Shown here: one piece after another, positions 1-8,666 of the stretch
How positions within the stretch are numbered: position 1 is the stretch's first letter
Layout: each line of letters begins with the position of its first letter
NCBI GenBank assembly: GCA_964638905.1
Contig: CAZXAF010000001.1
Coordinates: forward strand, 1 to 30,049
Direction of reading: 5' to 3'
Source: an uncultured Dehalococcoidia bacterium
GTDB taxonomy: Bacteria; Chloroflexota; Dehalococcoidia; SM23-28-2
DNA: 30,049 nt
Translations under genes and position numbers: made by a program
Notes under the pieces: model-generated
What the model saw: only the letters and a program-made list of their open reading frames with translations
Told to the model about the DNA's origin: nothing
The model's database searches: none

Positions 1-921
1 GAGGAGGTAACCGCCGAGCCCGGCACCTACGAGCTCAGCGCCTGGGTGCACACGGTGGAGGGCGCCACTACCCGCCACTCCGACGGCGAACGGGTAGGGA
101 GCCCAACCGTATACATCGACAGCCAGTGGTCGCGATTCAGCCGCCGGGTCACGCCGCCGCCAAGCCTGCGGGTGACGGCGGTCGATTTGCCCTCGGCCGC
201 CCTCGACAGGGGCCTGGGCATGCCCATCGAAATGCCCCTGATCATCGTCGTCAACAACAGGACCGCCGTGGAGACGGTAGCCGACGTCCAGTGGTTCCTG
301 TACCGCCGGACGTCTCGCCTCCCCTGGAATGACAAGCCTGTCTATACCTCCAGGCAGTTGCAGCACCGGGTTTTCGCGCCCAAGCGCCAGACCCTCCTCA
401 GGACCAGCGAACCGATCTCCCTGTGGCCGGGCGAGTACCTGCTGCGGCTGGTGGTGACCGGCACCGACGGCGAAGGCAACGCGGTCAGCGACGATCTCTT
501 CCTGAACGATGCCATCACCCTGGTGGAGAGCGCCAACAAGGCGGCCATCATCAGGGTGAGCCCCACGTCGGGGCCCGTGGAGATAGCGAGCCTGGCGGCG
601 GACAGGGAGAGCTTCCAACGAGGAAAGGGCTCGGTGACCGCCAACCTGCGCAATCGCAGCGACAGCACGCAGGAGGCCATCCTCTGGTGGTTCCTGAGCC
701 GCCCCGGCACTCTCCAGCCGTGGGTGGAGTTCGACCTCCAGTCCAGGGTATTCGGCGCCAGCATCGCCTCCCAGCAGCAGGCTGTCCTTGACCTATCGGA
801 CGACGTTTCCCTGCCACCGGGCACCTATGAGCTCAGCCTGTGGGTTCACACCCTGGACGCCGCCGGCGGGGAGCACCCCAGCGACGGCGCCTGGCTCAAT
901 CGGCGGATAGAGATTCAGTGA
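1..921 (+). CDS. Hypothetical protein (5'-truncated by window edge) built from tandem ~130-aa beta-rich/Ig-like modules
   Basis: Frame 1 is open from base 1 (EEVTAEPGTYELSAWVHT...) to TGA at 919-921, so the ORF-track start at 46 is internal. The motif PGTYELSxWVHT...HxDG occurs at ~19-90 and ~817-890, and a weaker PGEYLLRLVVTG lies between them. Confidence 0.75.
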   Translation, partial: EEVTAEPGTYELSAWVHTVEGATTRHSDGERVGSPTVYIDSQWSRFSRRVTPPPSLRVTAVDLPSAALDRGLGMPIEMPLIIVVNNRTAVETVADVQWFLYRRTSRLPWNDKPVYTSRQLQHRVFAPKRQTLLRTSEPISLWPGEYLLRLVVTGTDGEGNAVSDDLFLNDAITLVESANKAAIIRVSPTSGPVEIASLAADRESFQRGKGSVTANLRNRSDSTQEAILWWFLSRPGTLQPWVEFDLQSRVFGASIASQQQAVLDLSDDVSLPPGTYELSLWVHTLDAAGGEHPSDGAWLNRRIEIQ

Positions 922-929
922 GGAACGGC

Positions 930-1763
930 ATGAGTATTCGAGAACTGGCAAACACCGGCAAGCGCCTGACCGAGGGCTATCGCCTTCTCTTTGGGATAGG
1001 CGCCGTGGCCGTAGTCATTGCCCAGACCGTGCTAACCTCCAAACTCACCGGCTGGGCCGTGCCCTGGCTGGGCGGTTTGGCCCTGACTGTCGCCGTTCTG
1101 GGAGCCTTGGGGATGCTATCCAGCCCGAGTCACGAACGGCCGGCCAGACTCTGGCTGGCCTGGGCTCTGGGCTGCGCCGCCGGCCTGGCCTCCTCGGCGA
1201 TCATCGCCTGGCGAGCGGAGGTCGAGCCGGCCATCGCCTGGCCGACAGCCACCCTGGCCGGCATCGCCACCGCCGTCTTGGTGGCCTTCTCGGAGACGGC
1301 GGTCGAGGACAGGCCGACCAGAACCGCCAACGCCAGCCCGGCCACCGCCATCGGGGACGCGCCTGCTCGCCGACAGCCGGCGGCGGAGGCGGTGGTGAGG
1401 ACAGCCGTCACCCTCGTGCTGGCGGGAGCCACTTTGGCGTTCCACGCCTGGCAGATCGACGCCGGTTGGTACCAGCCGACGCGAATCGTCGTTGGCTCTC
1501 TGTACGTGATTGTGGTGCCGGGCTGGCATCTCTCCCGCCTGTTCGACGGCGGCAAGCTGGACTTCATCGAGCGCAGCACCCTGGCGGTAGCCCTCTCGCT
1601 GGTTACCGTGCCGCTGGGATTGATGTGGACCCACTTCCTGGGCGCTCGCATCGACTTCTGGACCATCTGGGCCCTCGTCCTGGCCCTGGTGGTCATCAGC
1701 ATCCTGCCTGGCCGCGTTCGTCTCCTGCTCTCAGCGATCGCGCAGGAGAGGGCAAGTCGATAG
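930..1763 (+). CDS. Multi-pass membrane protein with DUF1616-like C-terminal region
   Basis: ATG at 930 follows GAGGA, 8 nt after the upstream stop (ORF-track start at 840 overlaps the previous gene). About 8 hydrophobic segments. The C-terminal pattern LYVIVVPGWHLSRLF...LDFIERSTLAVALSLVTVPL resembles DUF1616. Confidence 0.6.
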   Translation: MSIRELANTGKRLTEGYRLLFGIGAVAVVIAQTVLTSKLTGWAVPWLGGLALTVAVLGALGMLSSPSHERPARLWLAWALGCAAGLASSAIIAWRAEVEPAIAWPTATLAGIATAVLVAFSETAVEDRPTRTANASPATAIGDAPARRQPAAEAVVRTAVTLVLAGATLAFHAWQIDAGWYQPTRIVVGSLYVIVVPGWHLSRLFDGGKLDFIERSTLAVALSLVTVPLGLMWTHFLGARIDFWTIWALVLALVVISILPGRVRLLLSAIAQERASR

Positions 1764-1942
1764 CAAACGCTCTACTGGAGATGCCTATACATCTACGGCA
1801 ATAGAAGAGGGCGACGTCCCATCGCGGATGCCGCTCGGCGACCGAAGCACCAGTAGCGGCTGCCGAGAAAGGCCGGCCCCGAGGGGCCTGTCATCGCTGG
1901 GCAGCCCGGCGCACGAACGCCGAGAAAGGGAGAGAGCGCAAT

Positions 1943-2857
1943 ATGGAGCGAATCGCCATCATCGGCTCAGGAGTGGTGGGTACAGCGACAGGCGAGGGCT
2001 TCAGCAAGCTGGGACAAGATGTGGTCTTCGTGGACATCGACCCCCACGTCCTGCAGCGGCTCCGTCAGAAAGGGCACCAGGCGATCGAGCTCAGTTCCCT
2101 GGCGGATGCACGGGCCTCCGTCAGCATGATCTGCGTGCCCACTCCCAATGACGGCGATGGTCGCCAGAACCTCTCTTATCTGGAGGGAGCACTCGCCGCC
2201 ATCGGCCCTCTGCTGGCCAGCAGCGACTACCATCTAGTGGTCGTTCGGTCCACCGTCCTGCCCACAGTCACTGAGAACCTAGTGGTCCCCGCTCTTGAGA
2301 GCTGGTCGGGGATGAAGGCGGGACGCGACTTCGGAGTGTGCATGAACCCCGAGTTCATGCGCGAGGCGACCGCCGAGGATGACTTCCTGAACCCCTGGAT
2401 CGTCGTCATCGGCGAGCTCGACAGGAGGTCTGGTGACCTGCTGGAAGGTCTCTACAGACCTCTATGCCAACGCACCCACGCCCCCATCTTTCGCACCGAC
2501 CTTCGCACGGCGGAGATGACCAAGTACGCCCACAACCTGTTCAACGCCGCTAAGATCTCCTTCACCAACGAGATGTGGCAGGTGAGCCGGAAACTGGACA
2601 TCGACGGCAACCAGGTGATGGCTCTCATCGCGCAATCCGCCGAGGGCATGTGGAACCTCCGCTATGGCATCCGCGGCGGTTTCCCCTACGGCGGCAATTG
2701 CCTGCCTAAGGACATCGGTGCTTTCGTCAACCTCGCCCGCGATCTGGGCTGGCACACGCCCCTGCTGGAAGCGACCATCGAGGTAAACGAAAGGATGAGA
2801 GAGGCCGTCGGGCGGCGACCAGCCCTGGTCGAAAGCATCACCTCGGCAGCGAGCTAG
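1943..2857 (+). CDS. UDP-glucose/GDP-mannose dehydrogenase family protein, lacking the usual C-terminal domain
   Basis: Rossmann GSGVVG, ICVPTP, VVVRSTVLP, NPEFMREATA, AEMTKYAHN, and catalytic GFPYGGNCLPKD. It ends at 304 aa. Confidence 0.9.
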   Translation: MERIAIIGSGVVGTATGEGFSKLGQDVVFVDIDPHVLQRLRQKGHQAIELSSLADARASVSMICVPTPNDGDGRQNLSYLEGALAAIGPLLASSDYHLVVVRSTVLPTVTENLVVPALESWSGMKAGRDFGVCMNPEFMREATAEDDFLNPWIVVIGELDRRSGDLLEGLYRPLCQRTHAPIFRTDLRTAEMTKYAHNLFNAAKISFTNEMWQVSRKLDIDGNQVMALIAQSAEGMWNLRYGIRGGFPYGGNCLPKDIGAFVNLARDLGWHTPLLEATIEVNERMREAVGRRPALVESITSAAS

Positions 2858-2904
2858 GGTCGAAGGCCAAGACCGCTCGCTACGTCAGCCTGCCCGTAGA
2901 CAAA

Positions 2905-2941
2905 GAGAATCCGCCCAGCGCATTTCGCTGGGCGGATTCTC
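2905..2941. terminator. Strong hairpin between convergent genes (probable bidirectional terminator)
   Basis: Perfect 16-bp inverted repeat GAGAATCCGCCCAGCG / CGCTGGGCGGATTCTC with a 5-nt loop. Confidence 0.8.
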
Positions 2942-2977
2942 AGTTATTTCCGGCTAGTAGATAAGGGGGGCCCAGAC

Positions 2978-3505
2978 TTACTGTTGCGTGGACTTTCGCC
3001 TGGCTACCAGGAAGACGCCAACACCCAGGCCAAGACCGGCCAGCACGAACAACCAGGGCTGCAGGCCGAAGCCGCCGCCGGAGTCGACACCGCCGCCGGC
3101 ACCCGTGGGCGGCAAGGCAGCGATCAAGTTGAAGTTGGCCACGGCCACACCATCGATGGTCAGCGTGTGCGTGCCAGCGCCCAGCACCACAGGAACAACC
3201 GTAGAGAACTCCCCGGTAGCCGCATCAACCGTGACCTCCCACTCGATGGCCCCGTCGACGCTGAGCACCGCCGTGCTCTTGCCGGGCATGATCCTGCCCG
3301 TGATGGTAGGCGTGCTGCCAGCGACGTCTACCGTCGTCGTAGTGCCGTCCACGGTCTTGCCATCGATGGCCAGGCTCTCGACACCCGGAGCAAGCATTGG
3401 CGTTGCAGCGCGAGAGATCCCCTGAGCGGCCAAGCCCAGGAGAATGATCGTCGCTACCGCCAGCAGCGCCACGTGGATGAAGGTTACCCTTATCTTTCCT
3501 ACCAT
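2978..3505 (-). CDS. Secreted Ig-like protein with C-terminal LPxTG sorting signal
   Basis: ATG at 3505 follows GGGGGAG (the ORF-track start at 3526 translates the RBS). It has an N-terminal signal peptide, a beta-rich core, then LPPTG (3101-3115), a Gly linker, a hydrophobic helix and an RRK tail. Confidence 0.75.
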   Translation of the reverse strand: MVGKIRVTFIHVALLAVATIILLGLAAQGISRAATPMLAPGVESLAIDGKTVDGTTTTVDVAGSTPTITGRIMPGKSTAVLSVDGAIEWEVTVDAATGEFSTVVPVVLGAGTHTLTIDGVAVANFNLIAALPPTGAGGGVDSGGGFGLQPWLFVLAGLGLGVGVFLVARRKSTQQ

Positions 3506-3657
3506 ACTGTGCTCCCCCTTGGGCATAGAAATACAGCTTTCCTCTGTAATGGAGACGCGGCGTCTTGGACAAGCGTTACAGAATTTTCGGCCAATCGATT
3601 AGCTAATATCGGGGCTGCGGCCGAAATTCGGCTGTCGGGGATCGGGCCGGCAATGGC

Positions 3658-5016
3658 CTACGGGCCCGTTATGTCCATGTACTCGTAGTAGCTCTGCTTC
3701 GGTGCGCCCTCATACTCCAGCAGGCCGAAGTGACCCTCCGGGTTCTCGTCCGTTCCCTCATCCTCGAACATGTACCAGAACAGGGCCTCAGCGCCTGTGA
3801 GCTGTCGATAGGCCTTCCCTAGCCAAGAGGCGATGGTGGCATCGGGTTCGGCTCCGTAGTCGGCGGGGAAGAGCGCAGTGGAGAACCCGATCTCCGTGAC
3901 CCAGATCGGCTTGTCCTCGTCGCCGTTGGCGGCCATCACCGACCGCGTCTCGTCCAGAGCAGCTTGGAGGGTGGTCATCAGCTCCGGCTGCAACAGCTCA
4001 TATGTGTAGGGATAGAGGTGAATGTTGGCGACATCGAAGAAGCCCCTGCCGCCGTCGTCGTAGACCTGCTGGAGGAAGTTCCGCTCGTCCTCGGCGAGGG
4101 CGAACGGCGGGTAGGAGACGCCGTTGCCAGCGATCCCGCCCATCACCACCACCGCCGAGGGGTCCGCCATCTTGATCACCTGGTAGCAAAGGCGGAGCAT
4201 GCGAACGTACTGCTCGGCGTCAGGCTGGGGCCGCCAGAAGAAGGCGAGGTTGGGCTCGTTCCATATCTCCCAGTAGCGGATGACCGGCGAGCCTGGCGCG
4301 TCTACAAAGCCGTCCCCGTCGTAGCGCTCGACCACTGAGTAGACGTAGCTGGCGAAGGCGACCACGTCCTCACTGGGCCACTTCTGCCAGTAGGGTTCGT
4401 CCAGGCTGGGAGCCGACGTAGCCCAGGACGCCGAGCCGTCCAGGATGCCCAGGATGGCAATATCCCGCTCTTCCAGCCGCTCAACCACCCGGTCGAAGCG
4501 CTCCCAGCGATAGACGCCGGGTTCCGGCTCGATGCCCGCCCAGTCGAAGACGGTGCGCACGATGCCCACCCCCGCCTCATCCATGAGCTGAACCGTCTCG
4601 TCCACTCTCTCCTCAGAGCCGAACCAGGTGAGGTGGGAGTTGACGCCATAGAAGGGAGGAGAGTCGGCATCCACTTTAAGCTCCGTGTCCCGCCGGACGT
4701 ACACCCAGTACTTGTCGCCGTGCACCATGTTCGACAGGGATGGGCCGTAGCGGAAACCATACGCGAAGTGGCTCAGCCACAGCTCCTGAGCGGAGTCCCA
4801 GTAGTAGACGGCAAGGTAGTCGTCCTCGATGGAGCTAAGCGCTAGGGTAATGGGCTTCGTAGGGCCCTCGTAGGTAACAAGGTTCCAGCCCCGCTCCAGA
4901 TGGACGCCATCCGAGGAAGCCTCCCCAACCATCGTGAGGAAGACCACAAAGAGGCAGCACGCCAGGCCGGCCCGTGCCGCCAGCCAGGTCAGCCGTAGGA
5001 CCCTTGCTGTCGGCAT
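3658..5016 (-). CDS. Secreted clan GH-A glycoside hydrolase (GH39/GH5-like) with N-terminal ~70-aa accessory module
   Basis: Signal peptide; FYGVNSH; VRTVFDWAGIEPEPG; acid/base WEIWNEPN; DVANIHLY; nucleophile PIWVTEIG; HFGLL...PK. Confidence 0.8.
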   Translation of the reverse strand: MPTARVLRLTWLAARAGLACCLFVVFLTMVGEASSDGVHLERGWNLVTYEGPTKPITLALSSIEDDYLAVYYWDSAQELWLSHFAYGFRYGPSLSNMVHGDKYWVYVRRDTELKVDADSPPFYGVNSHLTWFGSEERVDETVQLMDEAGVGIVRTVFDWAGIEPEPGVYRWERFDRVVERLEERDIAILGILDGSASWATSAPSLDEPYWQKWPSEDVVAFASYVYSVVERYDGDGFVDAPGSPVIRYWEIWNEPNLAFFWRPQPDAEQYVRMLRLCYQVIKMADPSAVVVMGGIAGNGVSYPPFALAEDERNFLQQVYDDGGRGFFDVANIHLYPYTYELLQPELMTTLQAALDETRSVMAANGDEDKPIWVTEIGFSTALFPADYGAEPDATIASWLGKAYRQLTGAEALFWYMFEDEGTDENPEGHFGLLEYEGAPKQSYYEYMDITGP

Positions 5017-5164
5017 CGGTCGTCGCGGAGGCGGGCATTCCGCATCTCCACGATAGCCGAGCCGGCCTAGTTATGTCAGTAAAAGGGCGGTGAATATCGG
5101 CGGCCTTAACCGTCAGTTCACCCAGGCAGGCGGCGAACGCCATCCTCGAATGAGCGGACGACAG

Positions 5165-5953
5165 CTAGCGCCGCCTGCGAGGGAACCAGGGCAAGAAAGC
5201 GCTGGTGCTCTCGATGTAGTCCCTATATTGGGGCTTGGTCTGGACCTGGCTCCTTTCCAGGAGCGCCACTCCGGACACCCTCAGCAAGAGCACCGTCATC
5301 AGGATCGGGCTGAAGAACGTCCAGTAGCCGCCCGCCGTGCCCGCGGCGATCAGGTAGTACCCCCACCAAAGAGTGGCCTCGCCGAAGTAGTTGGGATGGC
5401 GTGTGTAGGCCCACAACCCGCTCCGCATCACCCTGCCCTTGTTGACGGGGTCGCTCTTGAAACGGGCGAGCTGCCAGTCTCCCACCGCCTCAAAGAAGAA
5501 GCCAACGCCCCATGCGAGGGCCCCCAGCAGGTCAAGAGCAGAGAAATGATCGGGGTCGTCGTTGAACTGCGCCGCCAGAATGGGCATGGCGATCAGCCAG
5601 AGGAGTGCCCCCTGCAGCAGGAAAACCTGAAAGAGGCTTGTCCACCAGAACTTGTCTCCGGCCTCCACACGCCACTTTCGGTAGCGGTAGTCTTCGCCCT
5701 TGCCCCAGTTGCGCCAGAGGATGTAGAGCGACAGTCGGAGCCCCCAGACGGCGACCAGGGCGGTGATGAGAACCTTGCGGCCGACGAAGCCGTCGGTGGC
5801 CACGAAGTACACAACGGCCAACAGCACGAAGCCCAGCCCCCAGAAGATGTCCACGATGCTGGCATTCCTCTTGATAAGGCTGAGCAGCCAGATGGCCAGC
5901 ATATAGGCCAGGACAACAAGGGCGGAAAGGCCAAGGATCTCAGGTAGGTCCAT
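5165..5953 (-). CDS. DUF1295 family membrane protein (steroid 5-alpha-reductase-like)
   Basis: Motifs NASIVDIFWG, WGLRLS, EDYRY, GDWQLARFK, GLWAYTRHPNYFGE...WWG, LLRVSGVALLE. Confidence 0.9.
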   Translation of the reverse strand: MDLPEILGLSALVVLAYMLAIWLLSLIKRNASIVDIFWGLGFVLLAVVYFVATDGFVGRKVLITALVAVWGLRLSLYILWRNWGKGEDYRYRKWRVEAGDKFWWTSLFQVFLLQGALLWLIAMPILAAQFNDDPDHFSALDLLGALAWGVGFFFEAVGDWQLARFKSDPVNKGRVMRSGLWAYTRHPNYFGEATLWWGYYLIAAGTAGGYWTFFSPILMTVLLLRVSGVALLERSQVQTKPQYRDYIESTSAFLPWFPRRRR

Positions 5954-6224
5954 CTCTCGGCTCCTAAGTGCCTGCCTGGCTCCCCTTCAGGACCCCAGGA
6001 CCGCAACCCGGTGCACTCTATCATAGCAAGGAGGTCAAGCAGCGACCCCTCGCACTGAAGAGAGGATCTTCATCTAGCCAAAGGCGCCAGCAACATGCAC
6101 AGCCCAGCGAGCGCCTCTTTCCAGCAGCGGGCAGGCAGGCTACAATGCAACACAAGTTGAGCGTGATGACACAGACTGCCGAGGCTCAGGGACCTTCTGC
6201 GCAGACGAAGAGAGACACCTGATC

Positions 6225-7328
6225 TTGGACAGCACCACCCGTCTTGAGGACTCCCTTCGGCGAGGCTACGCAGCCGCGCGATCGAGGCGGTCAGCCATTC
6301 GCAAGCTGACCTACGAGCCGCTCATCCGTCGGATCGCCACGGCATTGATGGTCTTCGCGGCCCTGCTGGTGGGTGGCACCGTGGGCTACATGCTCATTGA
6401 GGGCTGGCCTTTTCTTGATGCCCTCTTCATGACGGCGATCACTATCTCCACGGTGGGCTACGGCGAGGTCCGGCCACTGTCGTCCGGGGGAATTGTGTTC
6501 AGCGTCTTCCTCATCCTCTTCGGCGTGGGAGCGGTGCTGTACCTGCTCAATGCCACTGTTCAGACAGTATTCGAGAGCAATCTGGGAGAGGTCCTGGAGG
6601 TACGCAAGATGAAGGCCCGAATCAATGCGCTACGAGACCACTACATCGTGTGCGGCTTTGGCCGGGTGGGCCATGAGGTGGCCCTGGAGTTCCAGGCCCA
6701 GACTACGCCCTTTGTCCTCATCGAGAACGATCCCGAGGCCCAGGAGAAGGCCCGCAGTCTAGGCTATCTCTACGTGGCGGAGAACGCCACGGCCGAGGAG
6801 GCACTGGACGCCGCCGGGGTCAGGCGAGCCCGTTGTCTCATTGCAGCGGTCGGCAGCGACGCGGAAAACACCTACATCACGCTCTGCGCGCGTTCCATGA
6901 ACCCGAAACTGTTCATCGTCGCTCGGGTTGACTCCACTCGAGGCGAGGAGCGTTTGCGTCAGGCCGGTGCCGACAAGGTGATCTCGCCCTATCGCATCGG
7001 CGGCCGGACTATCGCCTTTACGGCGCTTCAGCCGCACGTCAGCGACTTCCTGGACTCGGCAACCGGCGACCGGTGGATCGCTGAGATAGCGGTGAGCGAG
7101 GGCTCAGACCTGGTGGGGATGACCCTTGGTGATTTCCGACACACGCGCGCCGGCGACAACGTGGTGCTGGGACTGCGCGGGCCCAGCGGCCATTTCGTGG
7201 TGGGCCCGTCGGCCCACAGGCGGCTTGCGGTGGGTGATCGCATGCTGGTGCTCGGCAGAGAGAAGGACCTCGCCAGCATGAAGCTGCCGGACGACCATCC
7301 GGCCGCCGACAGGGCGGGCAGCGGCTGA
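6225..7328 (+). CDS. Potassium channel protein, 2TM pore + RCK_N (TrkA_N) + RCK_C (TrkA_C)
   Basis: Selectivity filter TISTVGYGE; HYIVCGFGRVG Rossmann fold; DAENTYITLCARSMNP; C-terminal LVGMTLGD...VVLGLR...LAVGDRMLVLG. TTG start is uncertain. Confidence 0.92.
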   Translation: MDSTTRLEDSLRRGYAAARSRRSAIRKLTYEPLIRRIATALMVFAALLVGGTVGYMLIEGWPFLDALFMTAITISTVGYGEVRPLSSGGIVFSVFLILFGVGAVLYLLNATVQTVFESNLGEVLEVRKMKARINALRDHYIVCGFGRVGHEVALEFQAQTTPFVLIENDPEAQEKARSLGYLYVAENATAEEALDAAGVRRARCLIAAVGSDAENTYITLCARSMNPKLFIVARVDSTRGEERLRQAGADKVISPYRIGGRTIAFTALQPHVSDFLDSATGDRWIAEIAVSEGSDLVGMTLGDFRHTRAGDNVVLGLRGPSGHFVVGPSAHRRLAVGDRMLVLGREKDLASMKLPDDHPAADRAGSG

Positions 7329-7407
7329 AACGGCGCGGCGTGTGAGCACGACGGCCGGTGATGATACACTGCCGCTATGCAAACACATGGATGGAGGCTA
7401 GCTGACC

Positions 7408-8655
7408 GTGCTATCCTTCCCCGGCTCTAGACACTGGGTCGCAGCTCTGGTCCTCGGATTGGTCCTCGCGCTGGCGCTGGTCGCCGTGGCCTGCGGCAGC
7501 GAGGAGGAAAAGAAGGACGAGATCAAGGACATCGAGCGAGGGCCGGATACGCCCATCGTCGTTCCAGCCGGCGAGCCGATCATCATCGGCGTGTCGGTGC
7601 CCCTGACCGGGCCCGACGAGACGGTAGGCACCGACGACCTCCATGCTGCGGTCGTAGGCGTAGAGCGCTGGAAGGAAGCGAACGGCACGACGATCGGCGG
7701 GCACGAAATCGAGGTCCGCGCCGAGGACGACGGGTGCTCTGAGCCCCAGATCACCGAACAAGCCGCAGAGCGACTGCTGGGCATCGAGGGGCTAGCGGGG
7801 GTCATCGGCCCCGACTGTAGCGCCGGTGCGGCGGCCGTCATTCCCACCTACGCAGAGGCCGGGCTCGTGATGATCTCCGGCTCCGCGACCAGCACCGACC
7901 TGACACTGGACCAGCCGGAGCCCAGGTTCTTCTTCCGCACGGCTTACACCAACGCCGGCGAGGGCGCCCTGCAGGCCCGCTACGTTGTTGCCGAGCTGGA
8001 CGTGACGACTGCCTATGTGATCGACGACGGCGAGGCTTACGGCGAAGACCTGGCGTATGCGGCACAGGAGGCCCTGGAAGCGACAGGCCACACGGTGACC
8101 CGCGAGAGCATCGTACGGGGAACCGTCGACTTCAGCCAGCTGGTCAGCCGGATAGCCGCCGACAACCCCGGCGTCGTGATCTTCGAAGGGTTCAATCCGG
8201 AGGCCGCGCTCCTCCACCGTCAGCTTGAGGACGCCGAATACAGCGGCCCGTTTGTCTCCAGCGATGCCGCAGCGTCGGTATCGGACTTCATCGCGCCTCT
8301 GGGCGAGCTAGCCGAGGGCGCGGTCTTCGCCGGTTGCCTGCGCGATCTGCCCGAGGAATTCCTGGCCGACTACATCGACATCGTCGGGAGCGAGCCCACA
8401 ACGCCTTTCCCGGCGCAGTACGCCGACGCCGCCACCATCCTCCTCGATGCCGTTGCGGAGGTCGCCCAGGAGCAGCCAGACGGATCGCTGGTGATCAACC
8501 CCCTGGAGCTGCGCGACGCCGTGAGCGCACCGAAGCTGCTGGCCGGCGTTTCCGGCACCATCGCCTTCGATGAGAACGGAGATCGCCTCGCTGAGAGCTC
8601 AGGCCTTGTGATGTGCGAGGTGCAGGATGGCGAGTTCGTTAGAATCCGATTCTAG
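7408..8655 (+). CDS. Branched-chain amino acid ABC transporter substrate-binding lipoprotein (LivJ/LivK-like)
   Basis: Lipobox LVAVAC; IIIGVSVPLTG, EDDGC, VIGPDCS, MISGSAT, FFRTA, YGEDLA, GVSGTIAFDENGDR. Confidence 0.88.
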   Translation: MLSFPGSRHWVAALVLGLVLALALVAVACGSEEEKKDEIKDIERGPDTPIVVPAGEPIIIGVSVPLTGPDETVGTDDLHAAVVGVERWKEANGTTIGGHEIEVRAEDDGCSEPQITEQAAERLLGIEGLAGVIGPDCSAGAAAVIPTYAEAGLVMISGSATSTDLTLDQPEPRFFFRTAYTNAGEGALQARYVVAELDVTTAYVIDDGEAYGEDLAYAAQEALEATGHTVTRESIVRGTVDFSQLVSRIAADNPGVVIFEGFNPEAALLHRQLEDAEYSGPFVSSDAAASVSDFIAPLGELAEGAVFAGCLRDLPEEFLADYIDIVGSEPTTPFPAQYADAATILLDAVAEVAQEQPDGSLVINPLELRDAVSAPKLLAGVSGTIAFDENGDRLAESSGLVMCEVQDGEFVRIRF

Positions 8656-8666
8656 GGATTAGGCAG

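Noticed and set aside
1764-1870. Possible c-di-GMP-I (GEMM) riboswitch suggested by GCAAAC and GTAGCGG...TGCCGA
   Set aside because: The GNRA tetraloop stem, GACGCAAAG and receptor stem are not present in the required order.
5968-6222. 84-aa ORF ending 2 nt before the K+ channel start (possible leader peptide or frameshifted N-terminus)
   Set aside because: No similarity to channel N-termini that I recognise, no slippery site, and it spans the likely promoter region.
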